This document shows, one piece after another, positions 27,909 to 40,730 of a stretch of 64,000 nt of DNA. The stretch comes from Podarcis vaucheri (Eukaryota): NCBI GenBank assembly GCA_965113315.1, contig OZ220373.1. One strand, 5' to 3'. The translations under genes were made by a program, and so were the position numbers. The notes under the pieces are model-generated. The model had not been told where the DNA came from and ran no database searches. It saw only the letters and a list, made by a program, of their open reading frames with translations. Every line of letters starts with the position of its first letter. Position 1 is the stretch's first letter.

Positions 27909-28787
27909 GCAACTACCAGTTAGAGACATTTGTTAGGAAAAATTAAAAAAAGAAGAAGGAGCAAAGCAGCACAAAAGGGGGAGGGGGAAATCGGAGCTTC
28001 CTTTTTCTCATATTGTAAAGCAAGCTTTTCAACCTGTAACTCTAGGCATTTCAGCTGCTTCCAATCTTGGAAAAAAAGAAAACTCAAAAGTTCAAGGATT
28101 TAAAAATAAACCTAGCCTCTGGCAAATAGACCAAAACACAACAAGCTGTTACTATGTGAAACAGTGACTACAAAAACAAAGAACCTTATCCAATGATGAG
28201 ATTAGGAGGGAGTGGAGAGAAAAAACCCAGAACAAAACAGTAGACCTATTAGGTTATAAGAATGTTGCACAAATGTGCAAGATTTCCCCCCCTGCTCCTG
28301 AGCCAGCTTATCATATGCCTTGAAGAAGAAACACTTATCTGTGAAGCAGAACGAGCAGAGCATGATGCAGACTCAAGACCTTGCTCTTTATATGCTGTTA
28401 ATTTTAAAGCACTCCATCCTACTTTTGCCTCATAGGATGACTAACGAGAGTGGAAAAGTTAGGACAAATGCATGGGTCCTGCTTGCATAAACTTACTTTC
28501 CCTCCCACAAAAATTAAGGCAGCTTCCAAAGCCCGCCCCCCCTTCAGCTTTTACACTGTCTCTGTGGTTGCCTAACAGTAGTCAAAATCAACACAAGAGC
28601 CTTACGGCACCTTAAAGACGAACACATTTATTACACCATAAGCTTTCTTTGGAACAAAATCCCCTTCATCACAGTGATTCTCGTTTCTCTTGCAGCACGA
28701 AACTAATATGGTGACTTCGCTGGAAGCTTATTGTGTTAGAATGTTGTTTTGTTCCACAGTTAATGGTTCTGAGTTTACTGCCCAAGT

Positions 28788-29033
28788 CATGGGTAAGCAA
28801 GCTAAGGCCCGGGGGCCATATCTGTCCCAATCGCTTTCCAAATCCGGCCTGTGGATGGTCCGGGAATCAGCGTGTTTTTACATAAGTAGAATGCGTGCTT
28901 TTATTTAAAATGCATCTCTGGGTTATTTGTGGGGCATAGGAATTCGTTCATTCCCCCCCTCCATCAAAATAAAGTCTGGCCCCCCACAAGGTCTGAGGGG
29001 CGGTGGACAGGTGAAAAAGTTTTCAGACCCCTG
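28788..29033. mobile_element. hAT-type MITE, uninterrupted sibling of 34996-35563
   Basis: Reverse-complement similarity (ttttatttaaaatgcatctctgggttatttgtggggcataggaattc). ccaagtc is repeated at both flanks. Confidence 0.85.
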
Positions 29034-29042
29034 CCAAGTCAC

Positions 29043-29200
29043 AGGAACATAGGAAGCTGCCTTATACTGAGTCAGACCATTGGGCAGTATTGTCTACATT
29101 GATGGCATGTGGCTCTCCATGGTTTGGGACAGTGGTCTTTCACCACCCTACATGGAGATGCTGGGGACTGGACATGGGACAGATGTTCTGTCTCTGAGCT
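29043..29200 (-). mobile_element. tRNA-derived SINE, Squam3-like
   Basis: aggaacataggaagctgccttatactgagtcagaccattgg tail; related copies occur elsewhere in the window. Confidence 0.7.
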
Positions 29201-29269
29201 ATGGACATTCCTTATCTTTCTTTCTCCTATGCCTCCCAAATTCAGTCAGTTGCCAAGTCATGTTGCTTC

Positions 29270-29710
29270 TCGCTTTACACCATTCCTATCAATTCCTTCA
29301 GCAAAAACACTTGCCCATATCCTGGTTGTATCTTGCCTTGACTACTGCAGTCTTCTTTCCTTTGTTCTTCCATTGTCTCACCTTTTCCCACTTGCATCCA
29401 TTCAGAATAGTGTGCCAAAATTATTCACTTCTCTTGTCACTCTGGCCATGTGATAAATCTCTGCACCAGCTTCCTGTCCATTTCCAGATACTGTACAAAC
29501 CTCTTGTTCTCAAATTCACCCCACCCCGGCCTTTTCCCTCCTTATCTCTCTGTACTTATTTCCTGACACATCCCTTCCTGTGACCTTTGCTTGTCCAACT
29601 CTACATCCTCAGCTCTGCAAAAGTCTCCTGCTTTCCTTTGCCCCTTACACCTGGAACCACCTCCTGCAATGCCTCAATAAAGCTCACCTTTTCTGGGAAA
29701 CCATTGGATG
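29270..29710 (+). mobile_element. Ancient L2 LINE fragment
   Basis: AKTLAHILVVSCLDYCSLL..IQNS in ORF 29109..29453 matches the L2 LVxSRLDYCN motif. Confidence 0.75.
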
Positions 29711-31276
29711 AACTCCTTAGGGAGGAATTCAATGTGGCACTAGGACAATCATTCTGACAGTGCAAGCATTATAGCTTGCCAGGCAGAACAATCATTGCTC
29801 TCACACCCACAAGCTGTTCTGGGGTGGCCTGATCCCCCTCAGCTAATTTCAAGGGCACAGGGATCATGCAGAGTGGGGGGGGGGAGGAGCCCCTTTGTGC
29901 TAGCAGAAGTCGTGGCATAGGTTTCCACTAAAGGGACTCATCAGTTGAATCCTACCCAGATAGCAGCTTCACAGAGGATGGGGAGGTGTTGGTGAGATGC
30001 TTTGCTTCATTGCATAGTGAGATGTGCACATTCCTGGGACTCTGTGCATCTCATGGTACAGGGAAGATGCACCCATTTTGTTCCAGATGTGATGGAGAAG
30101 CATATCTTCCCTGCATTTTCGTCATGTGCAAGGCCACTCAGAGCAAGAGAACAAAGGTTCACAAGTTGAAATAGTGAGAGGTGCTTATTTACTATGGATA
30201 TACAGATAAGAGTCTTAATTGATATAAAAAAAGGCTTTCAGAAGCTAATTAACCTCTCAGCTAGTCATTAGCTCTGTGACCTTTAGAAATAATTGACAGA
30301 GGGGATTTCTTCCTCCTTCATCTCATTCATAACCTCCTACCAGGTAACTAATCTTAGGTATGCTATAGGATCCATTGCAATAAAGGTCTGAGGCAACAAA
30401 ATGTAGTAAGCCAATCAGCAAAATGGGATGGTGTCATTTCTTTCACACATAATGTATCACTTATGCAGCAAGTCACATGGATATGTGCTCTTTAAGCAAT
30501 CTAAATGGCAGCTAGTGCAGAATGGTTGCCAACTTCTCAGAATACTGAAGTTGTGACATTGAACCCTGCATTATCCTATACCAGAGGGTTCTTTCCCTCC
30601 CTCAACAGCTCATGTCTGTTAAGACTATATTGTTGCTTATATCAAATCTCTCTTTAATTTTCAGCAACAACTGAACTTCACAGTGAAGGACTTCATCACT
30701 CAATGTAAAGCACACAGACCTCTTAAGAAATGTCCATTGTAAACTGGCACTGGTTTCATATTCCTCCAGAAAATATGGGTTCTCTTTCCAGTGCCAACAG
30801 TCACATTTACAAACTTGTTTTGCTTATATCTCACATACACAAGGATTTTTTCATGGCAGTGACACAACAGTTAACTTTTGCTAGAGGTATATGCATTCAG
30901 CCAAGCATTCTTCTTAAAAAACATCTACGTCTACTGCTGCTAATAAGAGGTCTTAGCAGTGTGTATATCCAGCAGTGACCAACATCACTGCTGCTTACCC
31001 AGACAGAGCTGGCAAAGTCCCAGGTTGCGGCAGTCTCACCAGGGCACCCTGTGTGGCTTCCACCTTACTGCTGTGCTCCCCTGCCCCAGGTGCATCCAGG
31101 TAAGCAGCAATGATACCAGTGTCATGAGCGTGACTCCAGGGCTCCATCCTATGGTGCTACTGTGTATATCCTCTCATCAGAAATTAACTGGCAGATGAGA
31201 GAGTGTCATGCCACATCAAGTCTCCCGTGAGAGACTGATCCATGGGGCTACTTTATCACTAGTAATAATATTTATC

Positions 31277-31632
31277 CCCTGAAGGAGCGTCTCCACCCCC
31301 ATCGTTCTGCCCGGACAGTGAGGTCCAGCTCCAAGGGCCTTCTGGCATTTCCCTTGCTGTGAGAAGCCAAGTTACAAGGAACCAGACAGAGGGCCTTCTC
31401 GGTAGTGGCACCTGCCCTGTGGAACGCCCTCCCACCAGATGTCAAAGAGAAGGACAACTACCAGACTTTTAGAAGACATCTGAAGGCAGCCCTCTTTAGG
31501 GCAGCTTTTAATATTTAACAGACCACTGTATTTTATTTTTTATTTTTTTAGACCACTGTATTTTAATACTTTGTTGGAAGCCGCCCAGAGTGGCTGGGGA
31601 AACTCAGCCAGATGGGCGGGGTATAAATAATA
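31277..31632 (+). mobile_element. L2-clade LINE 3' end
   Basis: gccttctcggtagtggcacctgccctgtggaacgccctcc (AFSV.AP.LWN.LP motif), ending aagccgcccagagtggctgggg..gatgggcggggtataaataa. Confidence 0.82.
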
Positions 31633-31678
31633 TATTCTATTCTAATAATCATGGTCATCAGGAATAGAACTACCACCC

Positions 31679-31870
31679 TACAGTAAGAGCTGTTCGACAG
31701 TGGAATTTGCTGCCAAGGAGTGTGGTGGAGTCTCCTACTTTGGAGGTCTTTAAGCAGAGGCTTGACAACCATATGTCAGGAGTGCTCTGATGGTGTTTCC
31801 TGCTTGGCAGGGGGTTGGACTCGATGGCCCTTGTGGTCTCTTCCAACTCTATGATTCTATGATTCTATGA
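31679..31870 (+). mobile_element. CR1 LINE 3' end
   Basis: ggagtctcctactttggaggtctttaagcagagg...ttccaactctatgattctatgattctatga (ATTCTATG repeats). Confidence 0.9.
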
Positions 31871-33922
31871 TCCTACTGAGTCTTTGAGAGTGTCGGCATG
31901 ACACATGAAGAAAAAAAGTATGACTGTACTATGGTGAACACGCTGCTGAGAGAGAGTTGCCCTTTGGTTCAAGGATCACTCTCAGTTAGATCAGCCACAT
32001 TTGTCAGGCACAGCTAATGAGAAAGAATTGCAGTTTTTGCAAGTTATGAGCCTTAGCACATGCTCACTTGGCAACAAATCCCATGGAAATAAGTGAGACT
32101 TGATTTCAGGTACATAGAACATGGATACATTATTATTCATGAAAGAGGGCATGAGATTGTAAACTCACTGAGCTATCTTACACACTTCATATATCCATTA
32201 CGATCTACACCAGTGGTTTTAAATTTCCTGTCTTCAGGGAACCCTTTCTACACTGATTTATTTATCTCCTTTATTTATTGTCAAGGAACCTCTGCACACT
32301 GAAGAAATATGAGGCATATTCCAGAACATGAACTCAGTTTACACAGGTTATAAAATGGGCTTACAGTGGATTTCACTAGAGCCCTGAGTGCACTGAGAGT
32401 GGCCCTGCCTACTGGACAAGCGAAACTCTTCTTTGGCTGATGGTAGAAAAGATTGGTAGTGCTGAGCAAATACATGTCAGTGAAACCTGTTACTCACCAT
32501 CTCATTGTTGACTTTTCAGAAATTACAGGCTCCTAAATGGAAATATAAATATGAGGGTTTTGTCCACATGGTTTCAGGGGTGGACTTCGGTAATATGGTG
32601 CCCTGAGTGAGAACAAAATTCAGTGCCTCCCCTAAATATTTATTATTTTCATAATAATTCCTTATTTATTTATTATAATTTTGCAACCCCCTCAGCACCT
32701 CCCACGCTGCCCTAAATCCAGCGCTGCCTCTTCCTTTTTCTCCTTTGCCTTAATTTATTACTTCTAGGGCTTATCCAACAACTGTATCCCTTGGTTTCAA
32801 ATCCTGCTTTGTAGACAGAGATTAAACTACAGTTTTCCAGATTGGATACACCAGGAAGCTGCAATTTAATAACCATGACAGAACCGTTAAAGTTCAGTGG
32901 ATGAGGATGCAGCACTCAGGCACCATGGTTTCTTAGAACAAGCATGTTTCCTCTAAACTAGACCATTATTTCCGTAATGCTTACAACAGCTCTGTACAGT
33001 GGATCAGTCATATTCTCAGCATGTTGCAGAACTGGACATAGCAGCACTGAGATTGAAGTGTGCTGAAAATTACTTTAGTGAATTGATGGCCAAAGTGAAT
33101 TTGACATGGCAACTTTCTGGCTCACACGTCACACTCATAATATACACATTTCCCCCTAACATGATGTATTAATGTACATTATTTTCATTAATATATGCAT
33201 TTTTATGTATACTTTCTTCTAATATATCCATTTTGATAAGCATTGTGTTGTTGGCAAACTGCATCATAGAATTAAGAGAAGTGAGTATCTCATTGAATAA
33301 TTATGTTTCATTTCATGCAGTGATGTGAGAAGTGTGAATTAGGCAATTTCTCATTAAAAATAAAATAAATAAAAATTGAATTTCTCCCCCATCTCTAGAT
33401 AACTGTATGGGAGCATCAAAACTGTTCAGTAGATTGAGTTGTTGTGAGTTTCCAAAATGTTTGAAGGGGATATGGGAATGTCTGTGTTGTTGTGTCTTTG
33501 TGTCTGCGTTTGTGTAATTAAGGAGAGAACTGCTGAGACGGAGGTTCTAGAAGGGAGAGAAATGAAATATTTCAGGGAAGCAGGGAATCTGAACTATGAA
33601 GTAGCAGCCATGGACTTGGTAGAAAGGAGTGGATTGGCGAGGACAGGAAAGGGTGAAGCTTTGTGAGAATACCAGAGAAATAAAAGATTGATTGGCTGGA
33701 GGTAACAAAAAGGGTGAGTGATGGTCTGGAAGGAAGAGAGAAGAATGATTTATGTGAAAGACGAGAAAGAATGGAAATGAAGAAACAAGAAAGACCAATG
33801 TACAGGGGGTGGGAAAGGTTTGCAATACTCTGTATAACAAGGGATGGGAATTGAGGAGGCAGTCATAGAGAAGAAAACACAAGATGTTAAAGTGCTACAA
33901 TTAAGCAAATGCATTAAAAGTA

Positions 33923-34123
33923 CAGTGGTAGCTCGTGGTCCATTCTTAACCCGAAACCGTTCTTAACCTGAGGCATGCTTTTGCTAATGGGGCCTCCCGC
34001 TGCCACCGCGACGATGGTGTGCAATTTCCGTTCTCATCCTGGGGCAAAGTTCTCAACCCGAGGTACTACTTCTGAGTTAGCAGAGTTTGTAACCCGAAGT
34101 GTTTGTAACCCAAGGCACCACTG
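33923..34123. mobile_element. Tc1/mariner (Tigger-like) MITE
   Basis: ta-cagtggt...accactg-ta: TIRs with a TA target duplication. Confidence 0.85.
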
Positions 34124-34995
34124 TACAACAAATGAAAATGTGGTGTTGGGGGATTGGGATGGACAAATAAAACTGTTATCCTGAAATCATTAAAAAGCCC
34201 AGATAATTTCACACCAGATGCTAAAGCCTTCAGATTCCTAAAGCAAATTCATTTCATAGGTAAAACTTTTTTTTAAAAAAAGTCTGTTTCCTGCCTTTAT
34301 AGTTTTGTCTAAACTAGTAAGGGCAACACTCAGAGTTTCCAAATGTATATTTTGATTCACTCTTAAGTGGGAGGAATGATTTTGTTAGCAATTTCAGTAA
34401 TAACTATTATTATTTAGAAGGTCAAAAAGTTAATCTGTGATGATTATTTTTTGCTCTGCCATGTCTAATACCTGAATTTGCTGTGAAAACCCTGTCAGAT
34501 AAACAAAGGATATCAAATCTCTATTTTCTGAAAAACCTGGGAGTCAAGGGCACATAGTCCCACTGCAGTTTTTCTCTGACATTTGATAGCAAGTACTCTG
34601 TGTTATTAGCTCCAGCAGAATCCATTGAAGATGAATAATAAATAAAATAGCTTTTAAAATAAAAGGATGCACATTGCCAGAGTGTGTTGTAGGGAGCAAT
34701 CATATTTGGATCTTGAGAACTGAAAACACACTTAGTTCCCTAACCCCTCCATGCAGTTCCCACATATATACTTTACAAGCGAAATTGTGTCTAATTATCC
34801 TACTCTGACCAAGGCCATGCTTCTAAGCTGCTCAGTTTGAATAGGCTAAGAATTGAAACTTCATTTTAGAAAGAAGCAGAACATTAGTCTATAGGCTGAT
34901 CACCACACACGTGCTCAGCATCACTGTGAAGTAAAGACTCAACCACATACCAGATGCCAATATGTGGCAAAAAAGCAGTATGGATTCTGTTAAAA

Positions 34996-35563
34996 CAGAG
35001 GTCAGCAATTTTTTTCAGCAGGGGACCGGACTATATTTTGGAAAAAATAAATAAAAATGAATTCCTATGCCCCACAAATAACCCAGAGATCAGTGGCGTA
35101 GCGTGGGGGGTGGAGAGGGGGCCGGCCGCACCGGGCGCAACATCTGGGGGGGTACGCTCGCACTCGCAGCTCTCTGCCCCTACCTGGCTCACTCACTCTC
35201 TCTTACTGCAGTGCTGGCTGTGGAGGGGGTGGGTGCCAGGCGTGTGGTGCGGAGAGAGAGCGAGGAACTATCTGGGGGAGGGACAGTGCAGCAGCCGCCC
35301 AGCGCAGCGCTGAGCGTGGGAGAGAACCACACCAGACCAGACCAGGCAGCAGCAAGAAGAAGCTGGCAGGTTAGGGGGCGCAAATTACTTGCCTTGCCCC
35401 GGGTGCTGACAACCCACGCTACGCCGCTGCCAGAGATGCATTTTAAATAAAAGCACACATTCTTCTCATGTAAAAACATGCTGATTCCTGGACTGTCCGC
35501 AGGCCAGATTTAGAAGGCGATTGGGCCGTATCCGGTGCCCGGGCCTTAGTTTGCCTACCTATG
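34996..35563. mobile_element. hAT-type MITE (host of a nested insertion)
   Basis: 8-bp TSD tgttaaa(a/g) at 34988-34995 and 35564-35571. A sibling copy lies at 28788-29033 in the opposite orientation. Confidence 0.85.
35091..35429. mobile_element. Young GC-rich hAT MITE nested in the previous element
   Basis: TIRs cagtggcgtagcgtggg / cccacgctacgccgctg and perfect 8-bp TSD ccagagat (35083-35090, 35430-35437). Confidence 0.92.
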
Positions 35564-35579
35564 TGTTAAAGTCTGTTAA

Positions 35580-35743
35580 NNNNNNNNNNNNNNNNNNNNN
35601 NNNNNNNNNNNNNNNNNNNNNNNNNNNNNNNNNNNNNNNNNNNNNNNNNNNNNNNNNNNNNNNNNNNNNNNNNNNNNNNNNNNNNNNNNNNNNNNNNNNN
35701 NNNNNNNNNNNNNNNNNNNNNNNNNNNNNNNNNNNNNNNNNNN
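35580..35743. other. 164-nt N-run (gap or masked segment)
   Basis: Run of n in the sequence. Confidence 0.98.
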
Positions 35744-36537
35744 AGTATGAGAAGATAAATATCATTTTCTTGGGAGAACAGTTTGCTCATTTTGGGTTAG
35801 CATTACAGTATATGTGAATGAGATCAATGTCAAACAATGCTGGATACCTTAAAAGAAGATGATTTCTGGTTTTGTGTAGGATAGGGCTTTCTTTTTTTGC
35901 ATTTCCCTGGTGCATTTAAATATTTAAAAGACAGCAATTCTTTATTCTGCACTAAGACATGTACTCAAGCTACTTTTGTGTGTGAAGCTGCCTGCCTCTT
36001 CAGCTTTTGTTTTCTTGCTTCATTGTACTAGCAACAGTGATGCTAATTATCAAGTAAAACAATATAATTACACTGAAGTTTCCCCCCCTCCTTTCCCCTA
36101 ATGTAAAGATTCTACCCCCCAAAAAAACACCCACACACGCTGCAAAACTATTTCCTCTGACCCTGAAACAGTGCTGAATCCAGAGTGACCTCTGCACTCT
36201 GTATTTCAGTCTGAATATAGAAAATCACATCCTTTCAAGTTAGTAAGCTATTTTAGCTGCCAGCAAGCCATATGGAAGAAACAGTACTCAAGGCATTTTG
36301 TCTCTCTTTTGTGTGATTATCGCTTAACCATTTGAATCTACCAAAATGATTGCCAACGTGTTCCTGCAGCTTTTGCTTTTTTGGTAGAAAGAGCCTGAAA
36401 CCTTTGTTGACACAAATCTATGAACAGCCACAACTTCACGGCCACCAAACTCACTACTGCACATCCTGTCACAAAGCATAGTTGCCACATATTATTTACT
36501 GGCCAGGCTGAGTGGTTGAAGAACTAGCATATTAGCT

Positions 36538-36739
36538 AAGGTAAAAGGTAAAGGACCCCTGGATAGTTAAGTCCAGTCAAAAGCGTCTGTGGGGTGCGGC
36601 GCTCATCTCACTTCAGGCTGAGGGAGCCGGTGTTTGTCCACAGAAAAGCTTTCCGGGTCATGTGGCCAGCATGACTAAACCACTTCTGGTGGAACAGAAC
36701 ACTGTGACGGAAACCAGAGCACACGTCGTTTACCTTCCC
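36538..36739 (-). mobile_element. Sauria SINE, 3' half
   Basis: aaggtaaaaggtaaagg tail plus gggtcatgtggccagc and cgtttaccttccc blocks shared with the copy at 22991. Confidence 0.88.
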
Positions 36740-37564
36740 TAGTACTCAGATTGCTGAGCAGACTCTGAACCTTCAAATAATGTGCTACCCATGCATTCCC
36801 TAAGCCTTAACCATGGTGTCTGGTCAGCCAAAGAGTTGGTACAGTTATCACAGGGAAGGAGAGCACAAACTTCTTCTTCTTTATGGGACTGCTTTGTGCA
36901 CTTTTGGATTTGCATTAAAGCATAAAACCAAGAGTGCAGGAAGCCACCAAGCAGACAGGCACTTAAATTCTGGCTCCACTGAAATCAGCAGCAAAACTCC
37001 CATAGATCGTTACATTGAAATAAGTATTTCTCAAAGACGGTTAAGGCTGGTTAGGGTGACTCACCTATCTGTTTACATCTTTACTTAAAAGTACTGCCAT
37101 AAGATTACAGAGTAAATCAATGGCAGCAAACAAGAAATACAATGCATTTGGGAATCAATGCTCTTCTGGGTTTTCCTTTTCGTTATTTGCAAAGCAACAA
37201 AATATTTATTTCAAACCACACTGAACAATACATTAAGGACAAATGTGTAAAAGGCCTGGTTTACTTTGCACCGTAAGATTTTTACATGATCTTTAACTTG
37301 CACTCACATTAGAAAACCTATTGGATAGCTATCTAGCGACCTACCTATCTCTCTAATGTCAATCCATCGTTTTAAGAAGGTGATGGCTTGTATTATTATG
37401 CTTGACAGTAAGAAAGGGTTTCTGCACTGAATGGAAGTGACTTCTTTATAAATATAAAATGGAAGCAAAATTGATTAAAGAACTCAAACAGTGACTCAAA
37501 TAGTATATTGCTTTGTCCTGTATTCCACAGTTTTGTGAGTTGTAGAAAGAAACACATGTAGCTA

Positions 37565-37933
<369 letters not shown>

Positions 37934-37979
37934 TTACCTTGCAGTTGATATAATTTCTGGGCTTGAACAAATTCAGGAG

Positions 37980-38007
37980 GGAAGTGAAACAGCCAACCTA
38001 AATATAG
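37980..38007 (+). promoter_or_regulatory. ETS-IRF composite element next to a MEF2 site
   Basis: GGAAGTGAAAC (37980-37990) and CTAAATATAG (37998-38007). Confidence 0.5.
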
Positions 38008-38948
38008 TACCAACAAATAATATAAATATCTCTGACGTTTAAGTAACTGAGGAAAGACATATGAACAATGCTTAATGCTCAAGAAAGGCGAGAAGCATAA
38101 TGATTAATCTGGGCTGGGTGTCTCTGCTCTTATTTACAAGTTCAAAACACTGGCATTAGAACCCTCTGCGTAATAAGGCAATTCAGCATACTTGGTTGCC
38201 AATACACAAACTGTTTCATGTATTTTCAGACTCATGAACTTTTGCTTCTCACTTACTAAAATTTGCAACCTTGAGTGTAGCCCTAGCAATAGCAATATTT
38301 TAAAGGTACTCTCTTCTGAGGGAAGAGCAGACTCCTTTACATATGCCGCCAATCTGACTCCATTTTAGCTTTGAGAAACCCTCAAATATACAAAGGATAA
38401 TGCTTTCATTTTATTATTTATATTTCATTTAGAGATATTTACATTTCATATATTGTAACATTCTATTATTTATATTTATTTTGTTTTTTTAAAAAACTTG
38501 TATCTGTTTTAATTTATGTCATGAGCTATTGAGTCCTGAACCGGGAGAGGCAGAATATCAACAAACAAACAATTCTGCTTAACATCTGCCAACGTCAGCA
38601 AATATTAATGAAGAAGCTAATATAAGCACTTATGATCCAGGCATATATATGCACTTGTACATTAAATTAAAAATGAAGTAGCAGTGAACTAGAGCCCTGT
38701 ACTCTTCTTCCACCCTATCTTTCCAATTTCTTCCTCCTAATTTTTGTCTCTGCCTGAGACAATAAAAAATGAGTTTACTAGTTATGATACTGTTGAAGTA
38801 AAATAACCAGAGCTTGCCAAATTCATGCCATTTAATAATAATAATAATCTTATAATAGCTGTTTTGAAAAGGGGATCCATTTATAGATACAGGGATACAC
38901 AACAAGGGCCAATTCACATTTGATATTTAGAGCACAAGTACAAAAATG

Positions 38949-39530
38949 TAGGAATATAGAAAGCTGCCTTATACCGTGTCAGAACATTGGACCATATAGC
39001 TCAGTATCACCTCTAATGTAGGTCTGGTTTGCACATATGATAAACCATGGTTTATTAAACTATGGCTTATTAAACCATGACTTAGAGTTGGGTATGAACT
39101 TAACTTAGCAACTGAACTATGTTTTATTAACTATGATTAAAGGTTGTTTGTTAATCATGTTTCGTAAGCAGCTTATAAACCTTAGTTCATGTAAACCATA
39201 GCTGAGCATTAAGTGTAAACCTGGACCCCCTTCTTAGCTAAGAAACTGTCATTGCTACAGAGCCGTGCTTGAAGAGTAGCAAAAAAATTTCAAACTATTC
39301 TCAATGTTCAGCTGCTCTTGCTGGAGCTTTTAACCACTCTGTGATGTAATAAGCCAAGGTTGAAGTGATCATCTGCTAGACAACTCAGCTTTAACTATTG
39401 TTTATTAAATTATAATTAAAATTAGCTATAATGTTAACTACGGTTTAGTACTATGTGTGAACCAGAGAACTGATTGACAGGGGCCATCAAGGGCCTCAAA
39501 CAGGGGCCTTTCTCAGTCCAAACTGGATAT
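38949..39530 (-). mobile_element. Squam3-like SINE split by a TIR element
   Basis: The tail taggaatatagaaagctgccttatacc.. stops near 39020 and the body resumes at about 39467. Confidence 0.6.
39023..39466. mobile_element. Palindromic non-autonomous DNA transposon (Harbinger-like MITE)
   Basis: Termini tctggtttgcacat / atgtgtgaaccaga with internal aaccatggtt-type repeats. Confidence 0.6.
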
Positions 39531-40730
39531 CCTCTCCCAGTACACATCACAACAGTGGAGAATTCTGCATCCTACTTGGGACAGGGAGAACGGAAATAGT
39601 GCCCAGGCAAATGCATTTCTTTGTACATTAATTTTTTGTTGCTCTACCTTGTATTGCCTTAACAGGAGGAAGATGTGCACATAAAAGCTGGATAACTTTA
39701 TTGCCTATTTTAAAGTGACCCTGTCCACAATAAAAACAACAAAAAGCTCTTCAGTATAAAACAGTATGTTCACTCTTTCTTCATATAGTATTGCTTGTTT
39801 GTGAGATAAAGTCCCCTGCAAGTTTTTACAGCAATTTGCCAAATCAAAGACAGCTATAGCAAAAATCATAGCACTACAGTGCACACGGGGCAAGGCTACT
39901 TAATGATATGCTAGTTACTATCAGCTCTTTAATGCTATAAGTAAAAGTACCTCTGCACATGGATCTCTGCTAGACGTAAAAGACTCTACTGTACATGGCT
40001 CACAAAGCTGTCGTTTTATCTTCTTACATGCCTAATGCAGGCTAATGCTAACAGCAGCCCCAGTCTGCCATGAAATCTCGGCCGGTCATGCCATGGAAAA
40101 CGTGACATTAAGTCTGTCTAATCCCACCAGCTAGTCCATCTAAAAGAAATGTGGCCAGATGCCAATTTAGTGCACATTTATTTTCCACAACAAAACCCAA
40201 ATGATGTTCTGTGTTGCCATCTCAATATTCCTGTTCCCATTACAAAATTATTTTTTACCAAAGGGTTGCAACACCAGGATGGTACTCTCTCTCTTTCTCT
40301 CCCCCCTTTCAGGGATGGTTTGAACCCAGTTTACAGCTACTAACTATGCAACAATTTTGATGGACTGCAACATACGACAGCTATTATCTATTTGCCAATA
40401 TGTATGCAGCAGTGTTGGAGTCCAGTAGCAAATGATCTGAGAACAGGTTTGAACAACTGAACAGTCGTTCAATAGTGGGACTGAATCGGCTTAACTGGGC
40501 TATGGACTGCACTACCTGATGACCACAGCTTCCTTAGAAAATATGCTGGGTTTGAAGAAAGCTTCTATCCTTACCCCAACCCCTAGTCCATCGTTTCTTT
40601 TTGTCTCTACGATGATTGACTGCAAAGGGTGACAAGCAGTTGTGTAAAAATGGTGGCATAGCTTGCCATGCAGGAGAAAAGCCACTCATCCTATAATCAC
40701 TTATGCTGTAGGTATTAGAAGTACATAGAT

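Noticed and set aside
35091-35429. CpG island or promoter
   Set aside because: The GC-rich block is bounded exactly by TIRs and an 8-bp TSD, so it is a MITE.
39040-39450. CRISPR-like or satellite array of aaccatggtt units
   Set aside because: Irregular subterminal repeats of a TIR element in a vertebrate genome; no constant repeat-spacer structure.
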